Positions 10,089 to 20,425 of a DNA stretch of 64,000 nt are shown piece by piece. The notes under the pieces were generated by a model. It did not search any database. It was not told where the DNA came from and saw only the letters and a list, made by a program, of their open reading frames with translations. Position numbers and translations under genes: made by a program. Origin of the DNA: an uncultured Trueperaceae bacterium (GTDB taxonomy: Bacteria; Deinococcota; Deinococci; Deinococcales; Trueperaceae); contig CAWCXJ010000007.1 in the NCBI GenBank assembly GCA_963799485.1, positions 416,001 to 480,000 of the forward strand, in the 5' to 3' direction. Each line of letters opens with the position of its first letter. Positions within the stretch are counted from its first letter, which is position 1.

Positions 10089-10928
10089 TCAGGTCGGGTA
10101 GGCGTAAAAGCCGTAAGTGCCGGGGCCGACGTGCGTGGCGATCACCGCGCCGATCTCGTAGGTACCGCCGTCGTGAAAACTCAACCCGCTTTTACGTAAC
10201 TCCCGGCGCAGGGTTTCAGCAGCTTCCGGGTCTTGGATATGTAAAAAATGAACTTGCGGCGTACTCTGCGTCGCCAGTTCTTTAAGGTCGCTCAGCATCG
10301 CTTGCAACGCCTTTTTATTGCCGCGTACCCGCCCGACGGGTTCGACGCGCCCCTTGACCACCGACAAGATGGGTTTGATATTGAGCAGGCTGCCGAGCAG
10401 CGCACTCGCGCCGCCAATGCGACCGTTTTTCTTGAGATAATCGAGGTTGCCGACGGTAAAACGCAGCATCGCCACGTCGCGGATGCGGGTCAGCTCGTCT
10501 AGGATGGCACGCACGTCTGCGCCCTGGTCGCGCATTTCTGCTGCGCGTTTAAGCATCATGGCAATCCCCAAACTTGCGGCTAACGAATCGAAAACGTGAA
10601 CGGGTACGGCGAACCCTTCAGCAGCGACGGTCGCCGACTGAAAGGTACCGGAAAGCCCGCTCGAGATGACCACACACAAAATCTCGGTGGCCCCCTCTTT
10701 TACGGCGGCCTCAAAAGCATCGACGAAATCCTGCGGGCTCGGCTGGCTGGTACTGGGGATCGCAGCGCCCGCAGCGACGCCCTCGACGATGTCTTGGGGG
10801 TTGATCTCGAGCCAGTCCTTAAACACTTCGCCCTTAAAGTTGACGTATAGGGGAACCCGGTGAATCTTAAGCGTTTGCAGTTCGGCCGCGGGCAAGTCGC
10901 AGGTCGAATCGGTGATGATGGCGAGCAT
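10089..10928 (-). CDS. DegV family fatty-acid-binding protein
   Basis: IITDSTCDL, STSQPS, ISSGLSGT, YLKKNGRIG and HVGPG; RBS GAGGAGG. Confidence 0.93.
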   Translation of the reverse strand: MLAIITDSTCDLPAAELQTLKIHRVPLYVNFKGEVFKDWLEINPQDIVEGVAAGAAIPSTSQPSPQDFVDAFEAAVKEGATEILCVVISSGLSGTFQSATVAAEGFAVPVHVFDSLAASLGIAMMLKRAAEMRDQGADVRAILDELTRIRDVAMLRFTVGNLDYLKKNGRIGGASALLGSLLNIKPILSVVKGRVEPVGRVRGNKKALQAMLSDLKELATQSTPQVHFLHIQDPEAAETLRRELRKSGLSFHDGGTYEIGAVIATHVGPGTYGFYAYPT

Positions 10929-11036
10929 AAGCCCTCCTCGCAAATAGATGTGAGGTTACGATACCCCAAAATGCGCCGTAAAACGTGCCGTAAAAGCTTT
11001 GGGCCGTCTCATGCGTCTAGAAGCTACAATGAAGCT

Positions 11037-11309
11037 GTGAGGGCGGGTTATTACGAAGGTGTACTGCTGGCGTTGTTGCACACGGTAGCGGCCTGGCTGA
11101 GCCTCGTCGCTGGACTTGCGTTCGTTGTTCGTCGTACGGGTGTACCGGGGAGCATTTTGGTTGTCGCGCTTTTTATCTCCTTGCCGATTTTAATTCAGGG
11201 GATTTTGGCGCTGGTGTTTGGGAGTTACCGGCGGGTTCCGGCGCTCGGCTGGATTGCAACGGGGATGCTACAAGCTGCGGGGATTGTCTTTCTGCTCTTT
11301 TTGTTTTGA
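11037..11309 (+). CDS. Small 3-TM hypothetical membrane protein
   Basis: Hydrophobic ORF with TACAAT 6 nt before the GTG, a leaderless-type start. Confidence 0.55.
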   Translation: MRAGYYEGVLLALLHTVAAWLSLVAGLAFVVRRTGVPGSILVVALFISLPILIQGILALVFGSYRRVPALGWIATGMLQAAGIVFLLFLF

Positions 11310-11314
11310 TAAGG

Positions 11315-11701
11315 TCAGGGCCCCGGTCTCTCCGGCAGCCTTTTACGGCAGTTGACGCAGTAGTCTTGTGCGGGCACCTTTAAGCCGCAGTACGGGCAGA
11401 CAAACGAGTTGCGAATTACCGCTCGCACGCCCGCCGCTTTAAGCTCGGCGGCAATCAGCACCGCATCTTCTTCGCTTACGTCCGTGACGCTCAGCTCGAG
11501 GTCGCCCTCGAAGGCCGAGACCATGTAAGCGCCGCGCACGTAGGGCTGGGCGCTGCCGCTCTGATTGGCGGCGCTGACCGCTGTACTTACGTCGCGAAAG
11601 TATTTCCACAAGGGATGGTCGTCCACAGATGATGGTACCTCGAGCTGCCTATCGACGCCGTAAACAGAACGCCGCCTGCTGGTCTCACTATCAGAGGGCA
11701 A
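11315..11701 (-). CDS. Hypothetical protein with C-terminal zinc ribbon
   Basis: CPYC...YCVNC; lies just downstream of fba. Confidence 0.65.
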   Translation of the reverse strand: MPSDSETSRRRSVYGVDRQLEVPSSVDDHPLWKYFRDVSTAVSAANQSGSAQPYVRGAYMVSAFEGDLELSVTDVSEEDAVLIAAELKAAGVRAVIRNSFVCPYCGLKVPAQDYCVNCRKRLPERPGP

Positions 11702-11749
11702 CCCCTTCGCACTTTAGGGGCAAAGGGTTGCCTTTGTACGCAGTAGGTT

Positions 11750-12670
11750 TCAAGCCTTACCCGCCGTTTCCATCAGTTCAAACTTTTCCGCGACGACCTG
11801 CGCCATATACTCACGGCCCTTGCCTAAAATCTTGCGCGGGTCGAACTCCTTGGGCGTATTGAAGAGTATCTCGCGCAAGCCTGCGGTCAGCGCCAAGCGG
11901 AGGTCGGTATCGACGTTGACCTTGGCGACGGCGGTCGAGAGTACCCGCCGGACGTCGTCGTCGTGAATCCCGGCAGGGTCGCCGATGTCCGCACCTGTAG
12001 CCCGGAGTTTTTCGATAAGGTAGTGCGGCACACCCGACGACCCGTGCATCACGAGCGGAATACCGAGTTTAGAGAGCAGTTCGATGCGGTCATGGTCGAT
12101 ATACGGGCGGCCTTTGCCTTTGTACGCGCCGTGCGAGGTGCCGATGGCGACGGCGAGATAATCGACGCCGGTTTCCTCGACAAAGCGTTCAGCCTCGTCC
12201 GGGTCGGTTAAAAACGCGTCCTTGGCAGACACGTCGATGTCGTCTTCGATACCGCCCAAACGCCCCAACTCGGCTTCGGTGGAGACGCCGACGGCGTGCG
12301 CCGCTTCGATGCACCGTTTGCTCTCGGCGATGTTCTCTTCTAACGGGTGATGCGAGGCGTCGATCATCACGCTGGTAAAGCCTGTGCGGAGCGCCTGCAA
12401 AACCTTTTCGTAGCTCGAGCCGTGGTCTAGGTGCAGCGCGACGGGAACCGACACCCGGCTCGCCATATCGCGTACCAAGTTCGGCAGGGTTTCCGTACCG
12501 CCGTACTTGCGGGCCGAGTCGGAAATCTGGACGAAAACCGGGGCGCGCAACCTTTCGGCGGTCTCCAAGATAGCCTGGGTGGTCTCCAAGTTGTTCGTGT
12601 TAAAGCTCGGGACGGTGTAACCACCGGCTTTAGCCGCGTCTAAAATCTCTTTACCGATAACCAGGGGCAT
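11750..12670 (-). CDS. fba: Fructose-1,6-bisphosphate aldolase class II
   Basis: LHLDHG, VMIDASH, EAELGRLGG, AIGTSHGAYK, HGSS and KVNVDTD. Confidence 0.96.
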   Translation of the reverse strand: MPLVIGKEILDAAKAGGYTVPSFNTNNLETTQAILETAERLRAPVFVQISDSARKYGGTETLPNLVRDMASRVSVPVALHLDHGSSYEKVLQALRTGFTSVMIDASHHPLEENIAESKRCIEAAHAVGVSTEAELGRLGGIEDDIDVSAKDAFLTDPDEAERFVEETGVDYLAVAIGTSHGAYKGKGRPYIDHDRIELLSKLGIPLVMHGSSGVPHYLIEKLRATGADIGDPAGIHDDDVRRVLSTAVAKVNVDTDLRLALTAGLREILFNTPKEFDPRKILGKGREYMAQVVAEKFELMETAGKA

Positions 12671-12705
12671 ACGTCTCCTTAAATTTCTGGGTCAAAGCTC
12701 GGCAC

Positions 12706-13392
12706 TTATTCGCCGCGCAGGGCGGCGAGGTTGTCTTTTACGGGACGCCCGTTGTAAACCGCGCTCCCGACGACCACGATGTCCGCACCTGCCGCGCCGA
12801 CCATGGCAATGTTATCAGCTTTGACGCCGCCGTCGACCGCGAGCAAACAGTCCGGGTTTACCGCGTCGCGCATTTTTTTAAGTTTTTCAAGCCGTTTAGT
12901 GGTACCGGGAATATACGCCTGACCGCCGAAACCGGGATTGACGCTCAAGACGAGTACCAGCTCGAGGTCGGCTAAAAGGGGCTCTAAAACAACCAGCGGC
13001 GTACCGGGGTTGAGGGCCAGCCCTGCCTTTCTGCCCAGCTCCTTGACCTTTTGAACCGCGCGGTGGGGGTGTTTCGTCGCTTCGTAGTGGACGATGATGG
13101 TGTCCGCCCCGGCGTCGGCAAACATCGCCGTGTAGCGCTCGGGTTCCTCGACCATCAGGTGAACGTGCAGCGGCAGTTTCGTGGCTTGCCGCACCGCCGC
13201 AACCACGCCCGGCCCGAAGCTGATGTTCGGGACGAAATTGCCGTCCATCACATCGAGGTGAAAGAGCTCTACGCCTGCCGCTTCAGCCTCCCGAACCTGC
13301 GCCGCCAGATGCCCGAAGTCGGCAGTCAGAATCGACGGGGCAATCTTGGGCAGCGTTTTGGTTGCAGGCATACCCTGCTCGGTGTGAGTCAT
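12706..13392 (-). CDS. rpe: Ribulose-phosphate 3-epimerase
   Basis: IAPSILTADF, HLDVMDGNFVPN, SVNPGFGGQ and VDGGV. Confidence 0.96.
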   Translation of the reverse strand: MTHTEQGMPATKTLPKIAPSILTADFGHLAAQVREAEAAGVELFHLDVMDGNFVPNISFGPGVVAAVRQATKLPLHVHLMVEEPERYTAMFADAGADTIIVHYEATKHPHRAVQKVKELGRKAGLALNPGTPLVVLEPLLADLELVLVLSVNPGFGGQAYIPGTTKRLEKLKKMRDAVNPDCLLAVDGGVKADNIAMVGAAGADIVVVGSAVYNGRPVKDNLAALRGE

Positions 13393-13484
13393 ACCCTATC
13401 TTAACTGCTCGTTTCGCACGGGTTTTGGGGCTTCTGCCGTTCTCGTAACAGGTGCAGGCTGGCGTGGGCTCTAGACTGACTTAT

Positions 13485-14426
13485 ATGAGTGCTATAGATT
13501 CCGTACAACCCAAGATGTTGGACGCGTTTGTCGGCAATACGCCGGTCGTCAAGTTGCACAAGGTCGTCACACCCGAGATGGCGGAAGTGTGGGTGAAGCT
13601 CGAGGGTCAAAACCCGGCGGGTTCCATCAAAGATCGCACGGCTTTGGGGATGATTCTAGACGCCGAAGAGCGCGGCATCCTGACCCCCGGCAGCGGTCAG
13701 ACCATCGTCGAACCCACCAGCGGCAACACCGGCATCGGCCTGTCTTTTATCGCCGCGATGCGCGGCTACCGCTGCGTCATCGTCTTGCCCGACACCATGA
13801 GCGAGGAGCGTAAACGGACGCTCTCTGCTTACGGCGCAGAACTCGTCTTTACGCCCGGCGAACAGCGGATGCAGGGCGCGATTCCTAAAGCGCAGGAGAT
13901 TGCCGAAGCAACCGGCGCATGGATGCCGAACCAATTTGAAAATCCGGCCAATCCGCGTTATCACCACCGCATTACGGGGCCGGAGTTTTGGGGGCAACTG
14001 CAAGGCCGGATCGACGCGTTCGTATGGGCGTCGGGGACGGGCGGCAGCATCAGCGGGGTGGGGCGCTACTTCAAGGAGCAGAACCCGAAGATACAGGTTT
14101 ACGCCGTCGAACCGGCCCGGAGCGCGGTCATAAATGGTCATGAGCGCGGGCAGCACAAGTTTCAGGGGATGGGGCCGGGGTTTATTCCGGGCAACCTCGA
14201 CGTTGACCTGCTCGACGGCGCGATGATGGCGTGGGAAGAGGACGCCTTTCCGCTGGTGCGGCGCTTAGCGCGTGAAGAGGGGATGTTCGTCGGGATGAGC
14301 AGTGGCGCGACAGTTTGGGCGGCGTTAGAAAAGGCCCGTGAACTCGGCCCCGGTAAGGTTGTGGTGTGTATGGCAGCGGATACGGGAGCGCGGTATATGA
14401 GTACGGAGCTGTTTAGCGCTCTGTAG
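13485..14426 (+). CDS. cysK: Cysteine synthase A
   Basis: KLEGQNPAGSIKDR (PLP Lys), EPTSGNTG, NQFENPAN and GTGGS. Confidence 0.93.
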   Translation: MSAIDSVQPKMLDAFVGNTPVVKLHKVVTPEMAEVWVKLEGQNPAGSIKDRTALGMILDAEERGILTPGSGQTIVEPTSGNTGIGLSFIAAMRGYRCVIVLPDTMSEERKRTLSAYGAELVFTPGEQRMQGAIPKAQEIAEATGAWMPNQFENPANPRYHHRITGPEFWGQLQGRIDAFVWASGTGGSISGVGRYFKEQNPKIQVYAVEPARSAVINGHERGQHKFQGMGPGFIPGNLDVDLLDGAMMAWEEDAFPLVRRLAREEGMFVGMSSGATVWAALEKARELGPGKVVVCMAADTGARYMSTELFSAL

Positions 14427-14437
14427 CTACTAAAAAG

Positions 14438-15103
14438 TCAACCATATGACCTCTTCCGCATCACTGCTTTGTGCATTGCATCATTTGAACTGTTTCCATG
14501 TGAGCGTTCATATACATGTTCTTTGCACCATTTGCAAAGGCATACCTGACCTTCGGTGCTTTCTTTATAGCGGAAAACAGGCTTCCTAAGCTTGTTACAG
14601 TTATTGCAGAGCAACTCCTGATTAATCTCAAACCCGCGTTTTGAGAACAAGATAATCCGTATCTCAAAAGTGCGTTCAGAACCCGCCAGTTTTTGAGGTT
14701 GTCGAGAGACTCTCTCTAAACGCCGTTGTTCCATCATCTTCCAGTACGCTGACCCACGAACACCATGACTGCGTTTGAAAGTCTCAGGGGTAGGCTTTTC
14801 AGTAGAGTTACGCTTAACTTTTTGTCCTGATACTGGTTTTAAAGAAGCTGAATCGGATTTCGAGCCATTAAATTCATGAGCATCAGCGTGAGTGAACCAC
14901 CCACTTTGTTCCAGTATTTTCAACAATGAGGAGTTAGCTTTGGCTTCAGCTATCCAGACCACGTTCTTGTCGGTAGCAGATGCGCGGACATAGTGAGGGG
15001 AAAGCGCTAAGAGGCGCGCGTCTTTCACAGCTCCAACGACCACATCCATATTACCTGAGATACGCAAAGTCTGATAGCCCACCACAGCCTCCCAAACTGT
15101 CAT
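14438..15103 (-). CDS. AT-rich hypothetical protein with C-terminal Cys cluster
   Basis: 221-aa ORF with CNNC...CLCKWC; visibly lower GC than its flanks. Confidence 0.55.
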   Translation of the reverse strand: MTVWEAVVGYQTLRISGNMDVVVGAVKDARLLALSPHYVRASATDKNVVWIAEAKANSSLLKILEQSGWFTHADAHEFNGSKSDSASLKPVSGQKVKRNSTEKPTPETFKRSHGVRGSAYWKMMEQRRLERVSRQPQKLAGSERTFEIRIILFSKRGFEINQELLCNNCNKLRKPVFRYKESTEGQVCLCKWCKEHVYERSHGNSSNDAMHKAVMRKRSYG

Positions 15104-15188
15104 AGCTTGAATATTCAGCTTAATGAGCTTACCAAAATTGGTCAGGTGGGTTCAAGGTGACCTCAAATGTTTTTGTCAGCTAAAAAAC

Positions 15189-16418
15189 TCAAACCCGCCG
15201 AAACACCAGCGCCGCATTCTGCCCCCCAAACGCAAAATTGGTCGATAGCACATGCTCGGCCTGCACTTCCCGTGCACAGTTCGGGATGTAATCGAGGTCG
15301 CACTCGGGGTCGGTGTCTTCATAGTTACGCGTCGGCGGCAAAAAACCCTCTTTCAAGACCTGCGCGCAGGCAATCGCCTCGACGCCGCCCGCCGCGCCCA
15401 GCATATGCCCGGTCATCGACTTTGTAGACGAAACCGGCGGAACGTTCTCTTTGCCGCCGAAGACCGTTTTGTAGGCCAGCGTTTCGTTGAGATCGTTGAT
15501 GGGTGTACTCGTGCCGTGGGCGTTGATGTAGTCGATTTTGTCCGCGGGGATACCTGCCGACTTGAGCGCCCAGTTGATACAGCGCACCGCGCCCACGCCG
15601 CCCGGTGCCGAGGCGGTGATGTGGTGGGCGTCGGCAGAGGTGGCGTAGCCGATCACTTCAGCGTAGATGGTAGCGCCGCGAGCTTTGGCGCGTTCATACT
15701 CTTCTAAAACCAAAATACCGGCCCCTTCACCCGCGACGAAGCCGTCGCGGGACGCCGTAAACGGGCGTGAAGCCGTCTCCGGCGAGTCGTTGCGGGTCGA
15801 GAGCGCTTTCATCACCGCAAAGCCGCCGATACCCATCGGAGTCACGCACGCTTCGCTACCGCCCGTAATCATGATTTCGGCCTCGCCGCGCTCGATGATG
15901 CGGTAGGCGTCGCCGATGGCGCCCGAACCCGTCGCGCAGGCGGTGACGACGGTGCTGGACGGCCCTTGCAAGCCGTAACGCATCGACACCTGACCCGAGG
16001 CCATGTTGGCAATCATCATCGGGATAAAAAACGGGCTCATCCGCATGGGCGAGCGTTCAAAACGAATTTTCGACTGTGCTTCCCAGGTGTCCAAACCGCC
16101 GATGCCGCTGCCGATACAGGTGCCGGTATGCTCCCCGGCTACGTCGTCTTCGCTGAGACCGGCGTCTTGCAAGGCCAGCGACGCGCCGACGAGCGCGAGC
16201 TGCACAAAACGGTCGAGGCGTTTGGCTTCTTTGCGGTCGATGTAGTCGGTTACCTCCACATCGACCTCCCCGGCAATCTGTACGGACAGGTCGGACGCGT
16301 CGAAGCGGGTAATTTTGCGAATGCCGTTTTTGCCCTCTTGTTGCGCCGCTAAAAAAGCCTTCGCTCCCACACCGATAGGTGCAACGGGGCCAAGGCCGGT
16401 AATGACAACTCGTTTCAT
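15189..16418 (-). CDS. fabF: 3-oxoacyl-ACP synthase II
   Basis: TACATG, NAHGTST, GHMLGAAG and FAFGGQN. Confidence 0.96.
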   Translation of the reverse strand: MKRVVITGLGPVAPIGVGAKAFLAAQQEGKNGIRKITRFDASDLSVQIAGEVDVEVTDYIDRKEAKRLDRFVQLALVGASLALQDAGLSEDDVAGEHTGTCIGSGIGGLDTWEAQSKIRFERSPMRMSPFFIPMMIANMASGQVSMRYGLQGPSSTVVTACATGSGAIGDAYRIIERGEAEIMITGGSEACVTPMGIGGFAVMKALSTRNDSPETASRPFTASRDGFVAGEGAGILVLEEYERAKARGATIYAEVIGYATSADAHHITASAPGGVGAVRCINWALKSAGIPADKIDYINAHGTSTPINDLNETLAYKTVFGGKENVPPVSSTKSMTGHMLGAAGGVEAIACAQVLKEGFLPPTRNYEDTDPECDLDYIPNCAREVQAEHVLSTNFAFGGQNAALVFRRV

Positions 16419-16490
16419 CTTTCCAGTCTAACCTGTGACGGCGCAGCCTCTCAAAACGTGCCGTACCGCCCAGGTCAAGGTAGTTTTAGT

Positions 16491-16730
16491 TTACTTTTGC
16501 GCTGAGATAAAGTTTACGGCGTCGCCGACGGTGCGGATACCTTCGGCTTCTTCATCGCTGATTTCGATGCCGAACTCGTCCTCGAGCCCCATAATCAGCT
16601 CGACCACATCGAGCGAATCGGCTCCTAAGTCGTCCACAAACGACGCTTCTTCGGTGACGTTGCCGGGTTCGGCGTCGAGCTTGTCGGCGGCAACTTCTTT
16701 AATCTTGGCTAAAATCTCACTTCTGTCCAT
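16491..16730 (-). CDS. acpP: Acyl carrier protein
   Basis: [12 protein letters not shown] motif. Confidence 0.97.
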   Translation of the reverse strand: MDRSEILAKIKEVAADKLDAEPGNVTEEASFVDDLGADSLDVVELIMGLEDEFGIEISDEEAEGIRTVGDAVNFISAQK

Positions 16731-16829
16731 AACGGTTCCTCCGGGTTAGGTCTCAAAACACTGGATTCTAACATAAGGGGTAGCTGCAAAAATTCTATCA
16801 CAGGGTGTAACGGCTGCCCCAGCGCCGCC

Positions 16830-17588
16830 CTAATGTAATACCATGCCGCCGTCTACCGTCAAGGTCTGACCGTTTACATAAGACGCGCTTTCGCCTGCAA
16901 AAAAGGCGACGGCGGCGGCTACTTCGTCGGGCTGTCCAAAACGGCCCGCAGCGATTCTCGAGAGGAAGGTGTGCTTGAGCTGTTCGGGCAGGCCTTCGGT
17001 CATATCCGAGTCGATAAACCCCGGCGCGACGGCGTTGACGGTGATGCCTTTCGCGCCGTATTCCTGCGCGAGTGCCCGCGTCAGACCGATAAGCCCTGCT
17101 TTGGACGCGACGTAATTCACTTGTCCGGGGTTGCCGTTAAGCGCCACGACCGACGAGATATTGATGATGCGGCCCCACTTGCTGGCGAGCATCCCGCGCA
17201 GCGCGGTTTTAGACAAGATAAAGGCGCTCGTCAAGTTTGTATCCATGACCGTATGCCAGTCGCTGCTCTTAAGCCGCAAGGCGAGGCCGTCTCTGGTGAT
17301 GCCCGCGTTGTTGACCAAAATGTCCAGGCTGCCGAAGTGTTCCTGCACCGCCTTGACGAGCGCTACACACGCATCTTCCTGGGAAACGTCGGCTTGAAAC
17401 ACCGCAGCTTCTCCGTTCCCGGCGCCTATTTCCTCAGCCACGGCCTGCGCCGCCGTTTGCGAACCGGCGTAGTGAACCGCGACCCGGTAGCCGAGTTTGC
17501 CGAACTGCAGGGCAACCGCGCGGCCCAGACCACGGCTCGAGCCCGTTACCAATACGACTTTGGCTTGGGTAGGTGTTTGCGTACTCAC
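16830..17588 (-). CDS. fabG: 3-oxoacyl-ACP reductase
   Basis: TGSSRGLG, NNAGITRD and YVASK; fab cluster context. Confidence 0.95.
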   Translation of the reverse strand: MSTQTPTQAKVVLVTGSSRGLGRAVALQFGKLGYRVAVHYAGSQTAAQAVAEEIGAGNGEAAVFQADVSQEDACVALVKAVQEHFGSLDILVNNAGITRDGLALRLKSSDWHTVMDTNLTSAFILSKTALRGMLASKWGRIINISSVVALNGNPGQVNYVASKAGLIGLTRALAQEYGAKGITVNAVAPGFIDSDMTEGLPEQLKHTFLSRIAAGRFGQPDEVAAAVAFFAGESASYVNGQTLTVDGGMVLH

Positions 17589-18502
17589 AGCGCCTCCTCC
17601 AGACTTTTCATGTCCGTCACGGCTACCGCCGGGACACCTTTGAGGGTGCGTTTGACGAGTCCTGACAGGACGTTCCCCGAACCGAACTCGAGAAACCGGG
17701 TCACCCCCAACCCCTGCAACTTTTCCAAAGTTTCGACCCAGCGAACCGGCGCGGTCACCTGACGTTCCAAAAGCCCCGGCGCGTCTCCGACAACTTCCAG
17801 AATGTCCGCCGTAACATTGCAGACAATCGGTACCTGTAGCGGCTGAAACCGCACCGCTCGTAAATCTTCAGCCAACTTTTCCGCCGCCGGACGCATCAGA
17901 CTGCAGTGAAAAGGTGCGGAGACGTTGAGCATCACGGTTCTTGCGCCTTCGGCTTTAAGCCGCTCGGCTGCCCTCTCGACCGCTGCCGCTGCCCCCGAAA
18001 CGACGGTTTGTTCGGGCGCGTTGAGGTTGGCGATTTCGACAACTTGCCCGGTTGCTGCCGCCGTTTCGGTGCAGACCTGCTCGACGTGGTTACGGTCTGT
18101 TTTTAGAACCGCCGCCATCGCCCCCCGACCACTCGGCACCGCCTCTTGCATGTAGCGACCGCGCTTGTAAACGAGTTTTACGGCGTCCGCCAGATTCAGC
18201 GACCCCGCCGCGACGTGCGCCGTAAACTCGCCGAGGCTGTGGCCTGCCAGGTACGCGGGAGTTTCGCCGCCCGCTTCACGGTACGCCGCAAACGCCGCTA
18301 CGCCTGCTGCAACAAGTGCGGGTTGCTGATTAGCGGTGAGTTTGAGTGCGTCCTCGGGACCGTCCCACATCAGCGCCAAGAGGCCGGGCAGCGCGGCTTC
18401 AGCCCTATCGAGGACTTCTCTAGCAGCAGCACTGCCGCCGTAAAGGTCTTTCGCCATGCCGACGACCTGCGAGTTTTGACCGGGAAACAAGGCGGCAATC
18501 AT
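17585..18502 (-). CDS. fabD: Malonyl CoA-ACP transacylase
   Basis: FPGQ, GHSLGE and SAPFHC; ATG overlaps the fabH stop. Confidence 0.95.
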   Translation of the reverse strand: MIAALFPGQNSQVVGMAKDLYGGSAAAREVLDRAEAALPGLLALMWDGPEDALKLTANQQPALVAAGVAAFAAYREAGGETPAYLAGHSLGEFTAHVAAGSLNLADAVKLVYKRGRYMQEAVPSGRGAMAAVLKTDRNHVEQVCTETAAATGQVVEIANLNAPEQTVVSGAAAAVERAAERLKAEGARTVMLNVSAPFHCSLMRPAAEKLAEDLRAVRFQPLQVPIVCNVTADILEVVGDAPGLLERQVTAPVRWVETLEKLQGLGVTRFLEFGSGNVLSGLVKRTLKGVPAVAVTDMKSLEEAL

Positions 18503-19497
18503 GCGCCGCTGCCCCAAGTGAGAACCGTTGCGGCCCACGTCAGACCTGCGCCGAAGGCGACCAGTAGAAGGTGGTCGCCCTCGTGGATGCGGTTTGACTC
18601 GAGCCCCACCTTCAGCGCCAGCGGAATACTCGCCGTCGAGTTGTTGCCGTACTCGTCTACGGTGACGATGACCCGCTCCGGCGGCAACCCCAGCCGCTCC
18701 CGCGCCGCTTCGATAATTCGCAAGTTTGCCTGGTGCGGGACGAACAGGCCGATGTCGGGGGGCGTCAGTCCTGCTTTTTCTACCGCCTGCAGGGTCGCCG
18801 TGTCCATCACCCGCACCGCAAACTTAAAGACCTCGCGCCCGTTCATATAGATATTTTCTGACAAGGGCGCGCCACCGGGCAAGCAAGGTGCGATGGCCTT
18901 GCGGCTCAGATGCGCGGCTCCGGCACCGTCGGTTCCTAAAACGAATGAGCGAAAGCCAAAGGGTTCGGGAACAGCTTCAACAATTGCAGCCCCGGCTCCG
19001 TCACCGAACAAGACGGCGGTCGAGCGGTCGTCCCAATCGACGATTTTGCTCAGTGCTTCAGCGCCGATGGCCAAAACCTTTTTCATCTTGCCCGCTTCGA
19101 CGTAGCCCTGCGCGACTGAAAGGGCGTAGAGCCAGCCCGGACACGCCGCCAACAGGTCGAACGCACCCGCACGGAGCTTGAAGTGATCTTGAACCAGAGC
19201 GGCGGTCGAAGGGAAGAGCGCGTCGGGGGTATTGGTCGCGACGATAATCATCTCCACGCCGTCCAGCACCCCTTCACCGTGACGCGCCACGAGGTCCTCA
19301 ACGCTCCTAATCGCCAGCTGCGAGGTAAATTCATCTTCGGCAGCGATGTGCCGGGTTTTGATGCCGGTGCGCCCTGTAATCCAGGCGTCGCTGGTGTCCA
19401 TCATCTTTTCCAGGTCGGCGTTACTTAGAACGCGTTCGGGGGCGTAAGCGCCGAGCGCGGTAATGCCTGAGCGTAGTGGCGCTGCAAAAGTACTCAC
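18499..19497 (-). CDS. fabH: 3-oxoacyl-ACP synthase III
   Basis: AACPG, VLFGDGAGA, PHQANLRI and GNNSTAS. Start is placed at GTG 19497 (approximate). Confidence 0.94.
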   Translation of the reverse strand: MSTFAAPLRSGITALGAYAPERVLSNADLEKMMDTSDAWITGRTGIKTRHIAAEDEFTSQLAIRSVEDLVARHGEGVLDGVEMIIVATNTPDALFPSTAALVQDHFKLRAGAFDLLAACPGWLYALSVAQGYVEAGKMKKVLAIGAEALSKIVDWDDRSTAVLFGDGAGAAIVEAVPEPFGFRSFVLGTDGAGAAHLSRKAIAPCLPGGAPLSENIYMNGREVFKFAVRVMDTATLQAVEKAGLTPPDIGLFVPHQANLRIIEAARERLGLPPERVIVTVDEYGNNSTASIPLALKVGLESNRIHEGDHLLLVAFGAGLTWAATVLTWGSGA

Positions 19498-19592
19498 CGT
19501 AAAACGTCCGTTCTGGCATCCACAAAAAAAGGCTGCTTCATGCAGCCCTACTCTAACGCCAAAGTGTCCCCGAGTCTCGAGGGTTGAGCGGA

Positions 19593-19781
19593 TTACGCTT
19601 CGACGTCTAGGACTTGACGACCGGCGTAAGAACCGCAGTGCGGGCAAACGATATGTGAAGGTTTGAGCTCACGGCACTGCGAGCAGGCGACGAGATTGGG
19701 GGGAGTGAGGGCGTCGTGGGCGCGGCGTGAATCGCGCGACGAGCTCGAGGTGCGCTTTTTGGGTACGGGGTGCTTGGCCAT
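19593..19781 (-). CDS. rpmF: 50S ribosomal protein L32
   Basis: MAKHPVPKKRTS with CxxC...CPHCG. Confidence 0.96.
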   Translation of the reverse strand: MAKHPVPKKRTSSSSRDSRRAHDALTPPNLVACSQCRELKPSHIVCPHCGSYAGRQVLDVEA

Positions 19782-19804
19782 GCTATAAAACTCCTTTTAT
19801 GCTG

Positions 19805-20368
19805 TTAAAGCTCGATATCTTTAAGCGACTCGAAAGGGGACGGGGAGCGCTTGTCGGACGCGACCGGCGCGGCGTGTTCAGGGTGGTCGTTCAAGTTTAC
19901 GCCGTCGAGCGACAGGCCCCGGCAGTCCTCTTTGCAGAGTACCGTTAAAGGCGATTCTATCGCAAAAGCCTGCACGAGGAGCGGGGCAAAGTCAACCGTG
20001 GGTTGAGAAAAGACCAGTACGTCGTCCTCGTCGTCGTTCTCGAGCAGTTTAAGGACCTCGCCGCCTTTTCTCGGACGGTAGAGCATCGGGTAGATGAGCG
20101 TACTGCGTACCGGCGTCTCGACTTCGGTGAGGCAGCGGCGGCACTCCTGCACGACCGGCCCGGAAACGCTTCCGGTCAAGATGTAGTCGTCGCCGCCGGT
20201 GGCGCGCACGGTTAAATCCCAGTGGAGCGGCCCGGCGACGTGTAGACCGTCGGCTTGGAGCAGTTCGGCGCTCGGCGCAAGCTCACCCTCACCGCTGACC
20301 TCTTCACCCAACTCGGGGTCGAGTTTTAGGAGCGTAGCTAAATTGAGCGTGGCATCTTGTTGCGACAT
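19805..20368 (-). CDS. yceD: YceD/DUF177 family protein
   Basis: ECRRCL and LCKEDCRGL; upstream of rpmF. Confidence 0.9.
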   Translation of the reverse strand: MSQQDATLNLATLLKLDPELGEEVSGEGELAPSAELLQADGLHVAGPLHWDLTVRATGGDDYILTGSVSGPVVQECRRCLTEVETPVRSTLIYPMLYRPRKGGEVLKLLENDDEDDVLVFSQPTVDFAPLLVQAFAIESPLTVLCKEDCRGLSLDGVNLNDHPEHAAPVASDKRSPSPFESLKDIEL

Positions 20369-20425
20369 CTCTCAAGAATATAGGCTTCGCCGCTGCCCAG
20401 TCAAGGTGACCTGAACAAAAGCGGC

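Noticed and set aside
16971..17762. 263-aa plus-strand ORF
   Set aside because: Antisense to fabG/fabD, the common SDR antisense frame.
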